Made by a program: the position numbers and the translations under genes. The notes beneath the pieces are model-generated. The model saw only the letters and a program-made list of their open reading frames with translations. It made no database searches and was not told where the DNA came from. This document shows positions 17,534 to 27,506 of a DNA stretch of 64,000 bases, one piece after another; position 1 is the first letter of the stretch; every line of letters begins with the position of its first letter. Source of the stretch: Acidimicrobiales bacterium (GTDB taxonomy: Bacteria; Actinomycetota; Acidimicrobiia; Acidimicrobiales; CATQHL01); assembly GCA_965242895.1 (NCBI GenBank), contig OZ251507.1, forward strand, positions 626,276 through 690,275. Reading direction: 5' to 3'.

Positions 17534-18942
17534 TACAACTTGAGCAACTTTCGTGTTTCTTCCATGAAAAACTGACGGTATGAATCCGGCACTTCGATAA
17601 AATTACCTTCACTATCAAATTTCAAAGAATAAATCTTGACATCCAAATTTCCGCTTTCAAAGTAGAGTATTGAAATGTCGTCAGGTTTCAAGCTTGTTGC
17701 CCTATCTCTAACTTCCATACGAATTCTGTCTATAATGTAATCACTGTGCGTTTCTATAACAAGTTGGCGACCTGAGCCCGCAATCTGGCAAAACAAAGAA
17801 CCTAGAGATGCCTGAGCTCTCGGGTGCAGATGCACTTCTGGCTGCTGTATGAGAAACATGATAGGAGGTTTTATAGTGAATAGTTCTGTTATAACAGGCA
17901 ATACTTGACTAACTCCATATCCAACGTCAATCAAATTTCGATTAGGTCCCTTCACTTTAGTTGCTTTAGATCCGTATTTTTTTATCTGAATCTGAAATGG
18001 ATCACTGCCACCCCTACCTAAACGCTTGATCGAAATCTCATCAAACAGACCTGAAGTTCGGCCAAACTCTTCAAGCGCCCCTTGCAGAGATGGCCAATTT
18101 TCTTCATCCTGCATTTCCGCAAGATAATATGGAACATACAGTCCTTCAGGATCGCGTTCCACGGGGTAAGGATCATATGTTCTAAATGGTTTAAAACGAA
18201 CTGGCGCACTAGCTAACACCCTCTGACTGTATCTTCGCCTAGACCTCATGGGAGAATTAGAGTAACTTTCTAAGAGTTTAATATCCTCATCCGAAGGTTG
18301 CGAAGCGCCTTCTACAATTTCAAATTTAGGTGACTCAGACCTTTCCATTTGCCTCCTTGATCTAAAAAAAGCAAAGCTCATTATCGTATTCATTGGCTCT
18401 ATCCTATGACCGTAGGGACTAGTTCTTAAGTTTCTAGCAGGTTCAGGAAACTTCCATACACCGTTTCTTGTTCCAAAGTACAATGACCTCTCTTCCGAAC
18501 TCTTTGTTTCTCCTTTTTCCTCAAACCAAACCTCCTTTTCAAACTCAAGACGTCTTCTTCTCGGAAATGGAGCAGTTCCTTTACTCTTAAATGTGACCTC
18601 ATAATGAGTTCTGACGGTCTCAAGCTTCCTGCGCCTCCTAGCATCTTGTATACTAAGGTCAAAACCTGCCTGAAAAGTCCGCGCTCTTCCACCTCTTCCC
18701 CTGTGATGCGCAATTTCGTCAAAACTGCCGAGATCGTACGGTTCCTTCTTGAAATTGGGAATGATTCCTTCAAATTCAATATCCTGCAAAGCACGAATCA
18801 AGGCCAAGAACGATGTTTTTCCTGTGCTGTTCTCGCCTACCAGCAGAGTTATGGGCGCCAAGCGGGCTGTTTGCTTATCGCGGAAGCATCGATAGTTCTC
18901 TAGTGTTATACTGTCCATTTGTTCAAACTCCTTTAACCTCAC
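17533..18942 (-). CDS. AAA_15/AAA_21 ATPase with DUF3696-like C-terminus (cassette gene 2)
   Basis: ITLENYRCFRD...ITLLVGENSTGKTSFLALIRAL (Walker A), MFLIQQPEVHLHPRAQ (Walker B), VIETHSDYIIDRIR. The C-terminal ...ISILYFESGNLDVKIYSLKFDSEGNFIEVPDSYRQFF resembles DUF3696. Confidence 0.8.
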   Translation of the reverse strand: MRLKEFEQMDSITLENYRCFRDKQTARLAPITLLVGENSTGKTSFLALIRALQDIEFEGIIPNFKKEPYDLGSFDEIAHHRGRGGRARTFQAGFDLSIQDARRRRKLETVRTHYEVTFKSKGTAPFPRRRRLEFEKEVWFEEKGETKSSEERSLYFGTRNGVWKFPEPARNLRTSPYGHRIEPMNTIMSFAFFRSRRQMERSESPKFEIVEGASQPSDEDIKLLESYSNSPMRSRRRYSQRVLASAPVRFKPFRTYDPYPVERDPEGLYVPYYLAEMQDEENWPSLQGALEEFGRTSGLFDEISIKRLGRGGSDPFQIQIKKYGSKATKVKGPNRNLIDVGYGVSQVLPVITELFTIKPPIMFLIQQPEVHLHPRAQASLGSLFCQIAGSGRQLVIETHSDYIIDRIRMEVRDRATSLKPDDISILYFESGNLDVKIYSLKFDSEGNFIEVPDSYRQFFMEETRKLLKL

Positions 18943-18948
18943 AGAATA

Positions 18949-20205
18949 TCATATATCTGTATCGGCATTCTTATTTGAAGGCAAGCTCTTCCGCAACCTC
19001 ACCGTGAAGCGGTCATCATCTTCGATCAAGTCTGGGGCGGTGCCGTTGTGCTCCCGCATTGAGCGTATGATTATATCTGGTATGCCCATCCCTAGATGCT
19101 CAATATAACGATAATCCTTCAGCATTTCCGCCAGAAAAGCATTTCGGGGGACACGTCTGCCTTCTTTTATTTTTTCCACGGTGACACCTTTGGGGAGCTT
19201 GCCTGGAGAAATGACTTCTAGACGATCTTCGTACAACGACACCTCGATGTCAGTACTATAGAACATGTAGTCGCGGTGAGCGACTGCGTTCACAATTGAT
19301 TCTCGGACAGCATCTGCTGGAAGAGCATCTCGACGTATGCGTCGAGCGCCAACTAGATAAGACTCAGTACCTACGTTACGAGTAATAAACTCCTGAGCCC
19401 TGTCTATGACTCCCTTTTCTAATACCCTCTCGCCACTATCTATTATTGATACTAATGGGCCTCTAATCCTTTCCTCATCAATAATATTGTAGCTCTTTCT
19501 CGTTCCAGAAAATACTGTAGCCGTAATGCTCGACTGGGGAAGTTGTCGATTAGGATTCTTGCCGAACAACAAGAGAGAAGCAACAGTGCTCAAGGTAGTT
19601 CCACCTTCTTCTGCAAGAAAATCCATGCTCGTTAGAATCCTAAGCCAACTAGCTTCATCGGTTATGTCCGGAGATACACGATTTCGGATCACATCAAAAT
19701 AGTTTTTTATTCTTACTAAGTCTAAACTACTCAGAGTAGTATCTGGAACGGATTTAATATCATAGCAAAATATCTGGGGTGCTTGATAAAGTCGTCCCTC
19801 TTCTTCACGCGTGGCTTCTCTAGATGTTTTCCTAGCACGAATAAAAGTAACCCAGGAATTGCCGCGCTTAGCCTTATGAGGTTTTTCTGGACTATCGTCT
19901 GACAAACGAATTATCCCAACGTATTTTTTGCCTTCTAGTCGGATTGTGCGCCAATGAGGGATGATCCGAGGCTGTAAATTATCTCGTGCTATATTCATTA
20001 CCCATTCTTCAGCCTCTTTAGGTGTTCTGCTCAACCCGGTTATGGTGCCGTCATCCTCCACACCTAATAAGATTTGCCCCCCGTCGAAATTGAGAAATGC
20101 TGACATCTCTTTCGAAATCGAATCCGGGTGAGCGTCGTCCCTTTTGAATTCAAGAACTGAGCTTTTGCCCGAAAAAATCAACTCGCGCAATTCGAATTCA
20201 TTCAT
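18949..20205 (-). CDS. AlbA_2 (Schlafen-like) plus HATPase_c_4-like putative DNA-binding protein (cassette gene 1)
   Basis: The N-terminal SSVLEFKRD...SAFLNFDGGQILLGVEDDGTITGL is the AlbA_2 motif. The C-terminal ESIVNAVAHRDY...IEVSLYEDRLEVISPGKLP...RVPRNAFLAEML...IEHLGMGI is HATPase_c_4-like. Confidence 0.8.
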   Translation of the reverse strand: MNEFELRELIFSGKSSVLEFKRDDAHPDSISKEMSAFLNFDGGQILLGVEDDGTITGLSRTPKEAEEWVMNIARDNLQPRIIPHWRTIRLEGKKYVGIIRLSDDSPEKPHKAKRGNSWVTFIRARKTSREATREEEGRLYQAPQIFCYDIKSVPDTTLSSLDLVRIKNYFDVIRNRVSPDITDEASWLRILTSMDFLAEEGGTTLSTVASLLLFGKNPNRQLPQSSITATVFSGTRKSYNIIDEERIRGPLVSIIDSGERVLEKGVIDRAQEFITRNVGTESYLVGARRIRRDALPADAVRESIVNAVAHRDYMFYSTDIEVSLYEDRLEVISPGKLPKGVTVEKIKEGRRVPRNAFLAEMLKDYRYIEHLGMGIPDIIIRSMREHNGTAPDLIEDDDRFTVRLRKSLPSNKNADTDI

Positions 20206-21920
20206 TGCGCCGCCTCCGCAACCCCCGCAGCCTCTGTACCCTCCGCATCTTCCCCAGCCTCCTCAGTTTCCGCAACCCAAGCGTCCTCCCCAGCCTCCGC
20301 AGCCCCCCAGCCGCCGCCGCCTGGGGTTCGCATCCGCACTATGTCGCCCGTCTCTAGGTCTAGCGTGACCTTGTCGGGCAGCTCCACGGCGTCGGAGCGC
20401 TGACCTGCTCGCAGCAGCCAGTTCTCCCCTGCCGCTCCAGCGCCGCCGCCGGCCAGACCCCAGGGTTGGCTGCGGCGGCGCTCGGTGATCAGCGAGACCG
20501 TGCACGGCTCCAGCAACTCCAGGTCGCGCTCTACTCCCTCGCCTCCTCGAAAGCGTCCCTCGCCGCCGCTTCCGGAACGCAGCCGCAGGCGGCGCACCCG
20601 CAAACCGTACGACCGCTCCAGGGCTTCCACGGGCGTGTTCAGCGTGTTCGTCATGCCGGTGTGCACGCCGCTCATCCCGTCGCGCCCTGGTCTAGCTCCC
20701 TGGCCGCCGCCGACGGTCTCGTAATACACCCAACCCTGCCCTCCGATGAGCAGATTGTTCATGGTGCCCTGCGAAGCCGCCCCCACCCGATCGCTGGCCA
20801 TGCCAGCCAGAGCCCCCAGGCACACGTCGGCTATCCGCTGGGACGCCTCCACGTTGCCCGCTCCGCACGCCGCCGGCGGCAGAGCCGCCACCAAACTGCC
20901 CTCGGGAGCTATCACCTGCACTGGGCGCAGCGCCCCTCCGTTCGCAGGGATGCCAGGGTCTGTGGCGCAGCGGAGGGCGAAGGAGACGCAACTGACGGTC
21001 ACCGCTCTGACGGCGTTCACGTTGCCAGGGCGCTGCGGGTCGGTGCCCGTGAAGTCGAACGTCACACAATCGCCCTCCAAAACAACCCTCACGGCGATAC
21101 GCGCCGGTCGCTGCTGAGAAAGATCAGGGCCGACGCTGTCGAGCACGTCCTCGAAACTCCAGGCTCCGTCCGGCAAAGCGGCAAGGGCTGAGCGCATTCG
21201 GCGCTCGCCGTAATCGGTCACCTCCCGCAGGGGCGCTTCGACGAACTCCGCGAACCTGGCCACTCCGCAGTTGTTCGCCCCCAACTGGGCGTCGAGGTCT
21301 CCTCGGCGCTCGTCGGGAGTGCGTGAGGCGGCGCAGATGAGAGCCGTCACGTCGTCGGTCAACCTGACAGGCGGGATACGCAGACCCTCCTCGTGGATGG
21401 TGCGGGCGTTGGCGGGCATGGAACCTGGCGCTCCGCCGCCCAGATCGGCGTGGTGGGCGCGGTTCGCAACCCAGCCCACCAGCCGCCCAGCCGAATAGCA
21501 CGGCGCAACCAGGGTCACGTCGTTCAGGTGCGTGCCGCCGGCGTAAGGGTCGTTGAGGATGACCTGCTCGCCCTCTCGGAGGTCGTCGCCGAAGCGCTCG
21601 ATGGCTGCCCGAACGGAAGCCGGCATCGAGCCGAGGTGGACGGGGATGTGCTCGGCCTGAACCAGCAGTTCCCCGTCTGGGGTGAACAGGGCAGCCGAGC
21701 AGTCCATGCGCTCCTTGATGTTGGGACTGAAAGACGCTCGACGCAGCACCGCCCCCATCTCAACGGCGATGCCCTCAAGTCCGGCGATGAGGATGGCGAG
21801 TTGGGCAGGCGACAGAGAGGGAGTTGACGACGACCGGGCGGGCAAGTCGGGCGACGACTGCTGCGAGGGAGATGACCCGGACGGCGCAGGAGACGACCCG
21901 GACGGCGAAGACGACAGCAT
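20202..21920 (-). CDS. hyuB: hydantoinase B / oxoprolinase family protein
   Basis: ...IAVEMGAVLRRASFSPNIKERMDCSAALFTPDGELLVQAEHIPVHLGSM...NDPYAGGTHLNDV... are HyuB motifs. Low-complexity N- and C-terminal extensions are present. Confidence 0.9.
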   Translation of the reverse strand: MLSSSPSGSSPAPSGSSPSQQSSPDLPARSSSTPSLSPAQLAILIAGLEGIAVEMGAVLRRASFSPNIKERMDCSAALFTPDGELLVQAEHIPVHLGSMPASVRAAIERFGDDLREGEQVILNDPYAGGTHLNDVTLVAPCYSAGRLVGWVANRAHHADLGGGAPGSMPANARTIHEEGLRIPPVRLTDDVTALICAASRTPDERRGDLDAQLGANNCGVARFAEFVEAPLREVTDYGERRMRSALAALPDGAWSFEDVLDSVGPDLSQQRPARIAVRVVLEGDCVTFDFTGTDPQRPGNVNAVRAVTVSCVSFALRCATDPGIPANGGALRPVQVIAPEGSLVAALPPAACGAGNVEASQRIADVCLGALAGMASDRVGAASQGTMNNLLIGGQGWVYYETVGGGQGARPGRDGMSGVHTGMTNTLNTPVEALERSYGLRVRRLRLRSGSGGEGRFRGGEGVERDLELLEPCTVSLITERRRSQPWGLAGGGAGAAGENWLLRAGQRSDAVELPDKVTLDLETGDIVRMRTPGGGGWGAAEAGEDAWVAETEEAGEDAEGTEAAGVAEAAQ

Positions 21921-21926
21921 GTCCGC

Positions 21927-24017
21927 CTAACGCCTCTGCTTCCGGCGAATGACCCAGGCGCCCGCCTCCCCCACTTCTGCCCGCCAACCAGGGGGTATCC
22001 ACGTCCCGGAATCCGCCTCGGCGATCACTGCCGGGCCTTCGACTGCCCGTCGTCCGGTCCCGGGCAATTCGGAGAGAGCCACTGGAGACGGTCTCGATGC
22101 CCGAGCCCGCAGAGCAACCACTTCGATGGGGTCGCCCTCCCGGGCATAGCCGTTGCGGAACCTGTGCACCTCGTGGAATTCCGACGGCGCAGACACGTTG
22201 AGTTCGTGACTCTGGCCGGCGTAACGGCAGTCGTAGGACACGACCACGTCGACATCCGAACCATCCGACCTCTCACCCCCTCTGATACCGGCACCGCTGC
22301 GCCCCCCGCCACCGACGCCCCCCTCCCTGCCAGCACCGACGCCCCCCTCACCGCCAGCACCGACGCTGCGCCTGAGAGCGGTATCGTCGGGGCGCTCATT
22401 GTGGGGCCGTCCGACGCCCCCCTCCCTGCCAGCATCAACGTCCCCCTCACCGCCCGACCCATCCCCCACCAGCGCCAGGCGCGCCGAGCGGGCAAACTCC
22501 TCGGCGGCAGCCTCCAAGCCGGCCTGATCGCTCGGAGTCGGCCATGACATGACGACGTCGTGCTGCCGCGGCCCGCCCAGGATGCCGACTGCCGAAAGCG
22601 CACCGGCCCGCGGCGGCACGACGACCGCAGGCATGCCCAGAGCCTCCGCCAAGTCGCAGGCGTGAAGCGGTCCGGCGCCGCCGAAAGCGACCAGCGCAAC
22701 CTCGCTGGGGTCTACTCCTCTCTCCACCGTCACCTGCCTCAGCGCCCAGATCATGTTGGAGTTCACAACCCTGAGCACGTCCTCGGCAGACAGACCTCGA
22801 GAGCGCAAGGCTTCTTCCGCTGCGGCAGCGTCCAGCTGTCCGAGGTCGCCCAGAACGGCGTCGGCAGGAATCCGCCCTGCCGCCAGGTTCGCGTCTGTCA
22901 CTGTCGCAGCCGTCCCGCCGCGGCCGTAGCACGCCGGCCCGGGCTCGGCTCCGGCGCTGCGCGGTCCCACCTTCAACGCTCCGCCGGCGTCCACTTCGGC
23001 TATCGAACCCCCGCCCGCCCCGATCGTCAAGACGTCCAGCGCCGGCATCCGAACGGGGAATCCAGCCATCGATCTTTGAGCGGCCGCCTCCGGTTGTCCG
23101 CCTTGAAGGAGGCAGACATCGGTGCTCGTGCCTCCCATGTCGAAAGTGACGGCGTCGGGAAAGCCGTTGATCTCGGCGTAGTAGGCGCCCGCCCGCACCC
23201 CTCCGGCAGGCCCCGACAGCAGCAACCGCACCGGCTCGGCAGCCGCAGAGATAGCCGGCACCAATCCGCCAGCCGAGGTCATCACCAGCACCTCTGCTGC
23301 CAAGTTATGCAGGGAACGCAGGTAGGAACTCACCTTTGGGCGCACGTAGGCGTTCATCACGACGGTCGAAGCGCGCTCGTACTCCCTGAATTCGGGCGCC
23401 AAATCGCTGGAGGCGGTGACGTCGAACCCTCTGAGTTCCAGCTCGCGGCGCACGACCTCCTCGTGAGCGGGATTCAGGTCGGAATGCAGCAGACACACGG
23501 CCACCGCTTCGACCTCGTCGCTGATCTCGCTCAGCGTCGAGAGGTCGACGGGGGTCAGCTCGGAACCGTCGGACGCAAGCCTGCCGGCCACCTCGTAACG
23601 CCACTTGCGGGGAACGAGCGGGGAGGGGCGGTCGGCGAACGAGTCGTAGAGGGAGGGACGGTTTTGACGGGCGATCTCGATGACATCGGCGAAACCGGCG
23701 TTCGTGACCAGCGCTACCGCTGCGCCGCGGCGCTCCAAAATAGCGTTGGTGGCGACCGTGGTGCCGTGCGCCAGCGACTCGACGTGCGCCAGCAACTCGG
23801 GCGGCCCGCCCGACGACTGGGGCAGTTCACCCGCCGTCTCCCCCCTCAGGCCGTCCGCCGCTTCCCCCGTCCCCCCCTTCAGGCCGTCTCTCAACGCTGT
23901 CAGGCCGCCTGCCAGCGCTAAGGAGGGGTCGTTCGGGGTGGAGAGAACCTTGAGAACCGCTCCGGTTTCGTCCACCAGGTCGGTGAAAGTGCCCCCCGTG
24001 TCGCTCCCGACCCTCAA
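21927..24017 (-). CDS. hyuA: hydantoinase A / oxoprolinase family protein
   Basis: MRVGSDTGGTFTDLV...HGTTVATNAILERRGA...TFDMGGTSTDVCL... are HyuA motifs. A Gly/Arg-rich low-complexity insert is present. Confidence 0.9.
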   Translation of the reverse strand: MRVGSDTGGTFTDLVDETGAVLKVLSTPNDPSLALAGGLTALRDGLKGGTGEAADGLRGETAGELPQSSGGPPELLAHVESLAHGTTVATNAILERRGAAVALVTNAGFADVIEIARQNRPSLYDSFADRPSPLVPRKWRYEVAGRLASDGSELTPVDLSTLSEISDEVEAVAVCLLHSDLNPAHEEVVRRELELRGFDVTASSDLAPEFREYERASTVVMNAYVRPKVSSYLRSLHNLAAEVLVMTSAGGLVPAISAAAEPVRLLLSGPAGGVRAGAYYAEINGFPDAVTFDMGGTSTDVCLLQGGQPEAAAQRSMAGFPVRMPALDVLTIGAGGGSIAEVDAGGALKVGPRSAGAEPGPACYGRGGTAATVTDANLAAGRIPADAVLGDLGQLDAAAAEEALRSRGLSAEDVLRVVNSNMIWALRQVTVERGVDPSEVALVAFGGAGPLHACDLAEALGMPAVVVPPRAGALSAVGILGGPRQHDVVMSWPTPSDQAGLEAAAEEFARSARLALVGDGSGGEGDVDAGREGGVGRPHNERPDDTALRRSVGAGGEGGVGAGREGGVGGGGRSGAGIRGGERSDGSDVDVVVSYDCRYAGQSHELNVSAPSEFHEVHRFRNGYAREGDPIEVVALRARASRPSPVALSELPGTGRRAVEGPAVIAEADSGTWIPPGWRAEVGEAGAWVIRRKQRR

Positions 24018-24036
24018 TTCCTAGCCCTCGACGTCC

Positions 24037-24582
24037 TCAGCCGCCTTCGACGCTGCGGGCAGCTTCGTAAGCCAGGCGGTCGGCCAACTCGTTCCAGCGA
24101 TTGCCGTAATGAGCCTTGACCCAGTGAAAGTCCACGTCGCGGTCGAGCGCCAGTTCTAGCAGAGGACGCCAGAGATCCTGATTCTTGACTGGCTGCTTGG
24201 AGGAGGTGCGCCAACCTCTCCGCATCCAGCCATCCCACCAGCGCAACTCGAAGCAGTCCACGACGTAGCGGGAGTCGCTGTAGACGTCGAGACCGACGCT
24301 GCCGCTCAAGGCGGTCAACGCTTTCAGGACAGCCGTGAGTTCCATGCGCTGATTGGTGGTTGCGGCTTCGCTCCCGACCTCCCTGCGTCCAGCTTCCGGC
24401 GCACGCTCGTCGTCGGGCACTATCCATGCCCAACCGCCAGGACCTGGATTGCCCAAGCAGGCCCCGTCGGTGTAGACGGCTAGACGCGGCTCGCTCTCGA
24501 GATCGGTCCCGCTTACCTCGCCCTCGGGCGGCTCGCCCTCGAAACTGAGGGGACGTTCAGAACTTGTTCCCATATTTCCCAT
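24037..24582 (-). CDS. rnhA: ribonuclease HI
   Basis: LAVYTDGACLGNPGPGGWAWIV...TNQRMELTAVLKAL...YSDSRYVV...WVKAHYGNRWNELADRLA. Confidence 0.9.
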   Translation of the reverse strand: MGNMGTSSERPLSFEGEPPEGEVSGTDLESEPRLAVYTDGACLGNPGPGGWAWIVPDDERAPEAGRREVGSEAATTNQRMELTAVLKALTALSGSVGLDVYSDSRYVVDCFELRWWDGWMRRGWRTSSKQPVKNQDLWRPLLELALDRDVDFHWVKAHYGNRWNELADRLAYEAARSVEGG

Positions 24583-24742
24583 ACTTCAACAATAATATTT
24601 TCTAACCCTGACTATCAAGACGAGAACGCCCGAGCCCGCAACTCCTCCCGCACCCCCCAGCCTGCCGGCCGACGCCCCCTGCCGCCCGCCCGCACCCCCC
24701 GCCGCACCGCAACCGCCATTTATCCTGCGAAAATGAGCCTTG

Positions 24743-27463
24743 ATGTCCGATCACTTCACCCACCAACTGCCTGACTCCGATCCGGATGAAACCCGGGAGT
24801 GGCTGGAATCCTTCGACGCCCTCCTCGGAGCGTCGGGTAAGGAGCGGGCGCGCCTGATCATCGCCCGCCTCCTCGAACGCGCCCAGAGCCTGGACGTCGG
24901 CGTCCCTGCCACGGTCACCACTCCCTACGTCAACACCATTCCGGCGGAGGCTCAGCCATTCTTCCCTGGCAACGAACACATAGAGCGCCGCATCCGCGCC
25001 TTCGTCCGCTGGAACGCTGCTGTCATGGTCGTGCGCGCCAACAAGGCGGCTGACGGCATCGGCGGCCACCTGTCTACGTTCGCTTCGGCGGCGTCTCTCT
25101 TCGACGTGGGTTACAACTGGTTCTTCCGCGGAAAGGACGACGGGACGCCTGGCGACCACGTCTACATACAGGGGCACAACTCCCCAGGCATCTATGCCTT
25201 GGGCTACCTCGAAGGGCGCCTCACGGCGTCGCAACTCACCAGATTCCGCAGAGAAATCGACGGTCAGGGGATCTCCAGCTATCCGCATCCCCGCCTGATG
25301 CCGCACTACTGGGAATACCCCACGGTCTCCATGGGTCTGGGCGCCCTCAATTCCATCTATCACGCCCGCTTCAACCGCTACCTGGCGCATCGACACATCG
25401 ACGACACGAGCGGGTCTCGCATCTACTGCATCGTGGGCGACGGAGAAATGGACGAACCCGAAACCCTGGGCGCCATCTCCCTGGCCGGACGAAGCGGCCT
25501 GGACAACCTCATCTGGATCGTGAACTGCAACCTGCAGCGGCTAGACGGCCCGGTGCGGGGCAACGGCAAGATCATCCAGGAACTCGAAGGCATCTTCAGA
25601 GGAGCGGGTTGGAACGTGATCAAGGTGATCTGGGGATCGCGCTGGGACGATCTGCTGGCACGCGACACCGACGGAGTGCTGCTCAACAAGATGAACTCCA
25701 CGGTCGACGGCGAATACCAGCGCTACGCCACGGAGACAGGCGCCTACATCCGCGAGCACTTCTTCGGCCCCGACCCGCGCCTGCGGGAGATGGTGAGCGA
25801 CTACTCAGACAAGGAGTTGGAGACGCTGCCCCGCGGCGGCCACGACCATCGCAAGCTCTACGCCGCCTACAAAGCGGCCACCGAACATGTCGGCTCGCCG
25901 ACCGTGATCCTGGCCAAGACCATTAAAGGATGGACGCTGGGGAGGGGTTTTGAAGGACGCAACGCCACGCACCAGATCAAAAAGATGACCACCGCCCAAC
26001 TGCTCGAGCTGAGAGAGAGGCTGCGCATCCTCGACGCAATCCCCGAGAGTTCCCTGACCGACGACGCTACCCCTCCCTACTACAAACCGCCCGAGGATTC
26101 CGAGGAGATGGTTTACCTGCGTGAACGGCGGCGCTCACTGGCCGGGACGCTTCCTAAGCGCATCGTGCGCGACCGGCGGCGCATCGTGCTCCCCGACCGC
26201 AAACTCTTCGCTGCGTACGACGAGGGCTCCGACGGACGGGAGGTCTCCACCACGGCAGCCTTCACGTCGCTGCTGCGCTCGCTGATGCGCGACGACGGGA
26301 TCGGAGCGAGAATCGTCCCGATCGTGGCTGACGAGGCCCGTACCTTCGGCATGGATTCCCTGTTCAGAGAGTTCAAGATCTACGCCCCCTTCGGCCAGCT
26401 CTACGAACCGGTGGATCACGATCTGCTGCTGTCTTACGCCGAGGACACCGACGGCCAGATACTGGAAGAAGGCATCACCGAAGCGGGTTCGCTGGCCGAG
26501 TGGATCGCAGCCGGCACCTCCTACGCCAACCTGGGCGTGCCAACCGTACCGATGTACGTGTTCTACTCGATGTTCGGTTTTCAGCGGGTGGGTGATCTGA
26601 TCTGGTCGGCGGCGGACTCTCGCGCCCGGGGCTTTCTGTTTGGGGCCACCGCAGGGCGCACCACCCTGATGGGGGAGGGTCTGCAGCATCAGGACGGCCA
26701 CAGCCACGTTCTGGCCAGCACAGTCCCGTCCTGTCAGGCGTACGACCCTGCGTTCGCCTACGAGATGGCTGCGATAATCGCCTGCGGCCTAGAAAGAATG
26801 CATCCCGAGGCGGGCGCGGCCTACGGCGATGACGTCTTCTACTACCTGACCATCTACAACGAGAACTACGAACAGCCCAAACGCGCCGACCACGTGAGCG
26901 ACGAGGACATTCTGAGCGGTCTCTACCGCTACGACTGCGGCCCAGACGGCCTAGAACACCGCGCCACCCTGCTGTTTTCGGGGCCGGCGCATCGCGCCGC
27001 CGCTGAGGCGCAGTCGCTTCTGGCCGAGCACTACGGCGTGGGGGCTGAACTATGGAGCGCCACCTCCTACAAGATGCTGAGGGAGGAAGCCCTCGACGCC
27101 GAGCGCTGGGGGCGTCTGCACCCCGAAGCTGAGCCGCGCCTGCCCGAAGTGACCCGCAAGCTCGGGGAATCACAGGGGCCGGTGGTCGCTACGACCGACT
27201 ACATGACCATGGTGGCTGACCAGATTGCCCGCTGGGTGCCTCGCCGCTACACGGTACTTGGCACCGACGGCTACGGGCGCAGCGACACCAGGGAAGCGCT
27301 GCGGCGGTTCTTCGAAGTGGATGCAGCCCACGTGGTGATCGCAGTGCTGGCGGGCTTGGCAGCGGAAGGCTCTCTGCCGGCGGCGTCCGTTGCCGACGCC
27401 ATTGGGCGCTACGGCGTCGACCCCGAAGCCGTCAACCCGCTGTACTGGGAATACTTGGGGTGA
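24743..27463 (+). CDS. aceE: pyruvate dehydrogenase E1 component (homodimeric type)
   Basis: A ~906-aa protein with DPDETREWLESFDAL..., GGHLSTFASAASLFDVGYNWFFRG..., GDGEMDEPE... and LQHQDGHSH..., typical of AceE. Confidence 0.95.
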   Translation: MSDHFTHQLPDSDPDETREWLESFDALLGASGKERARLIIARLLERAQSLDVGVPATVTTPYVNTIPAEAQPFFPGNEHIERRIRAFVRWNAAVMVVRANKAADGIGGHLSTFASAASLFDVGYNWFFRGKDDGTPGDHVYIQGHNSPGIYALGYLEGRLTASQLTRFRREIDGQGISSYPHPRLMPHYWEYPTVSMGLGALNSIYHARFNRYLAHRHIDDTSGSRIYCIVGDGEMDEPETLGAISLAGRSGLDNLIWIVNCNLQRLDGPVRGNGKIIQELEGIFRGAGWNVIKVIWGSRWDDLLARDTDGVLLNKMNSTVDGEYQRYATETGAYIREHFFGPDPRLREMVSDYSDKELETLPRGGHDHRKLYAAYKAATEHVGSPTVILAKTIKGWTLGRGFEGRNATHQIKKMTTAQLLELRERLRILDAIPESSLTDDATPPYYKPPEDSEEMVYLRERRRSLAGTLPKRIVRDRRRIVLPDRKLFAAYDEGSDGREVSTTAAFTSLLRSLMRDDGIGARIVPIVADEARTFGMDSLFREFKIYAPFGQLYEPVDHDLLLSYAEDTDGQILEEGITEAGSLAEWIAAGTSYANLGVPTVPMYVFYSMFGFQRVGDLIWSAADSRARGFLFGATAGRTTLMGEGLQHQDGHSHVLASTVPSCQAYDPAFAYEMAAIIACGLERMHPEAGAAYGDDVFYYLTIYNENYEQPKRADHVSDEDILSGLYRYDCGPDGLEHRATLLFSGPAHRAAAEAQSLLAEHYGVGAELWSATSYKMLREEALDAERWGRLHPEAEPRLPEVTRKLGESQGPVVATTDYMTMVADQIARWVPRRYTVLGTDGYGRSDTREALRRFFEVDAAHVVIAVLAGLAAEGSLPAASVADAIGRYGVDPEAVNPLYWEYLG

Positions 27464-27506
27464 CGGGCAGCACCTGGCGCCCCCCCCCCCATTGACGGGC
27501 GGCGGG

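Noticed and set aside
7100-20205. Calling island 1 (or island 2, 47150-52750) a prophage, ICE or transposon
   Set aside because: I saw no integrase, transposase, tRNA attachment site or terminal inverted repeats. Only the composition shift and the defence-type gene content support horizontal origin, so no mobile_element feature is reported.
22560-23921. 453-aa plus-strand ORF, and the 224-aa and 161-aa minus-strand off-frame ORFs, within hyuA
   Set aside because: They overlap the well-supported hyuA frame. Their composition is extremely Arg/Gly/Pro-rich with no recognisable domain.
24602-25396. 264-aa minus-strand ORF opposite the aceE 5' region
   Set aside because: It is antisense to an unambiguous AceE coding frame. 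It is low-complexity and has no motif.
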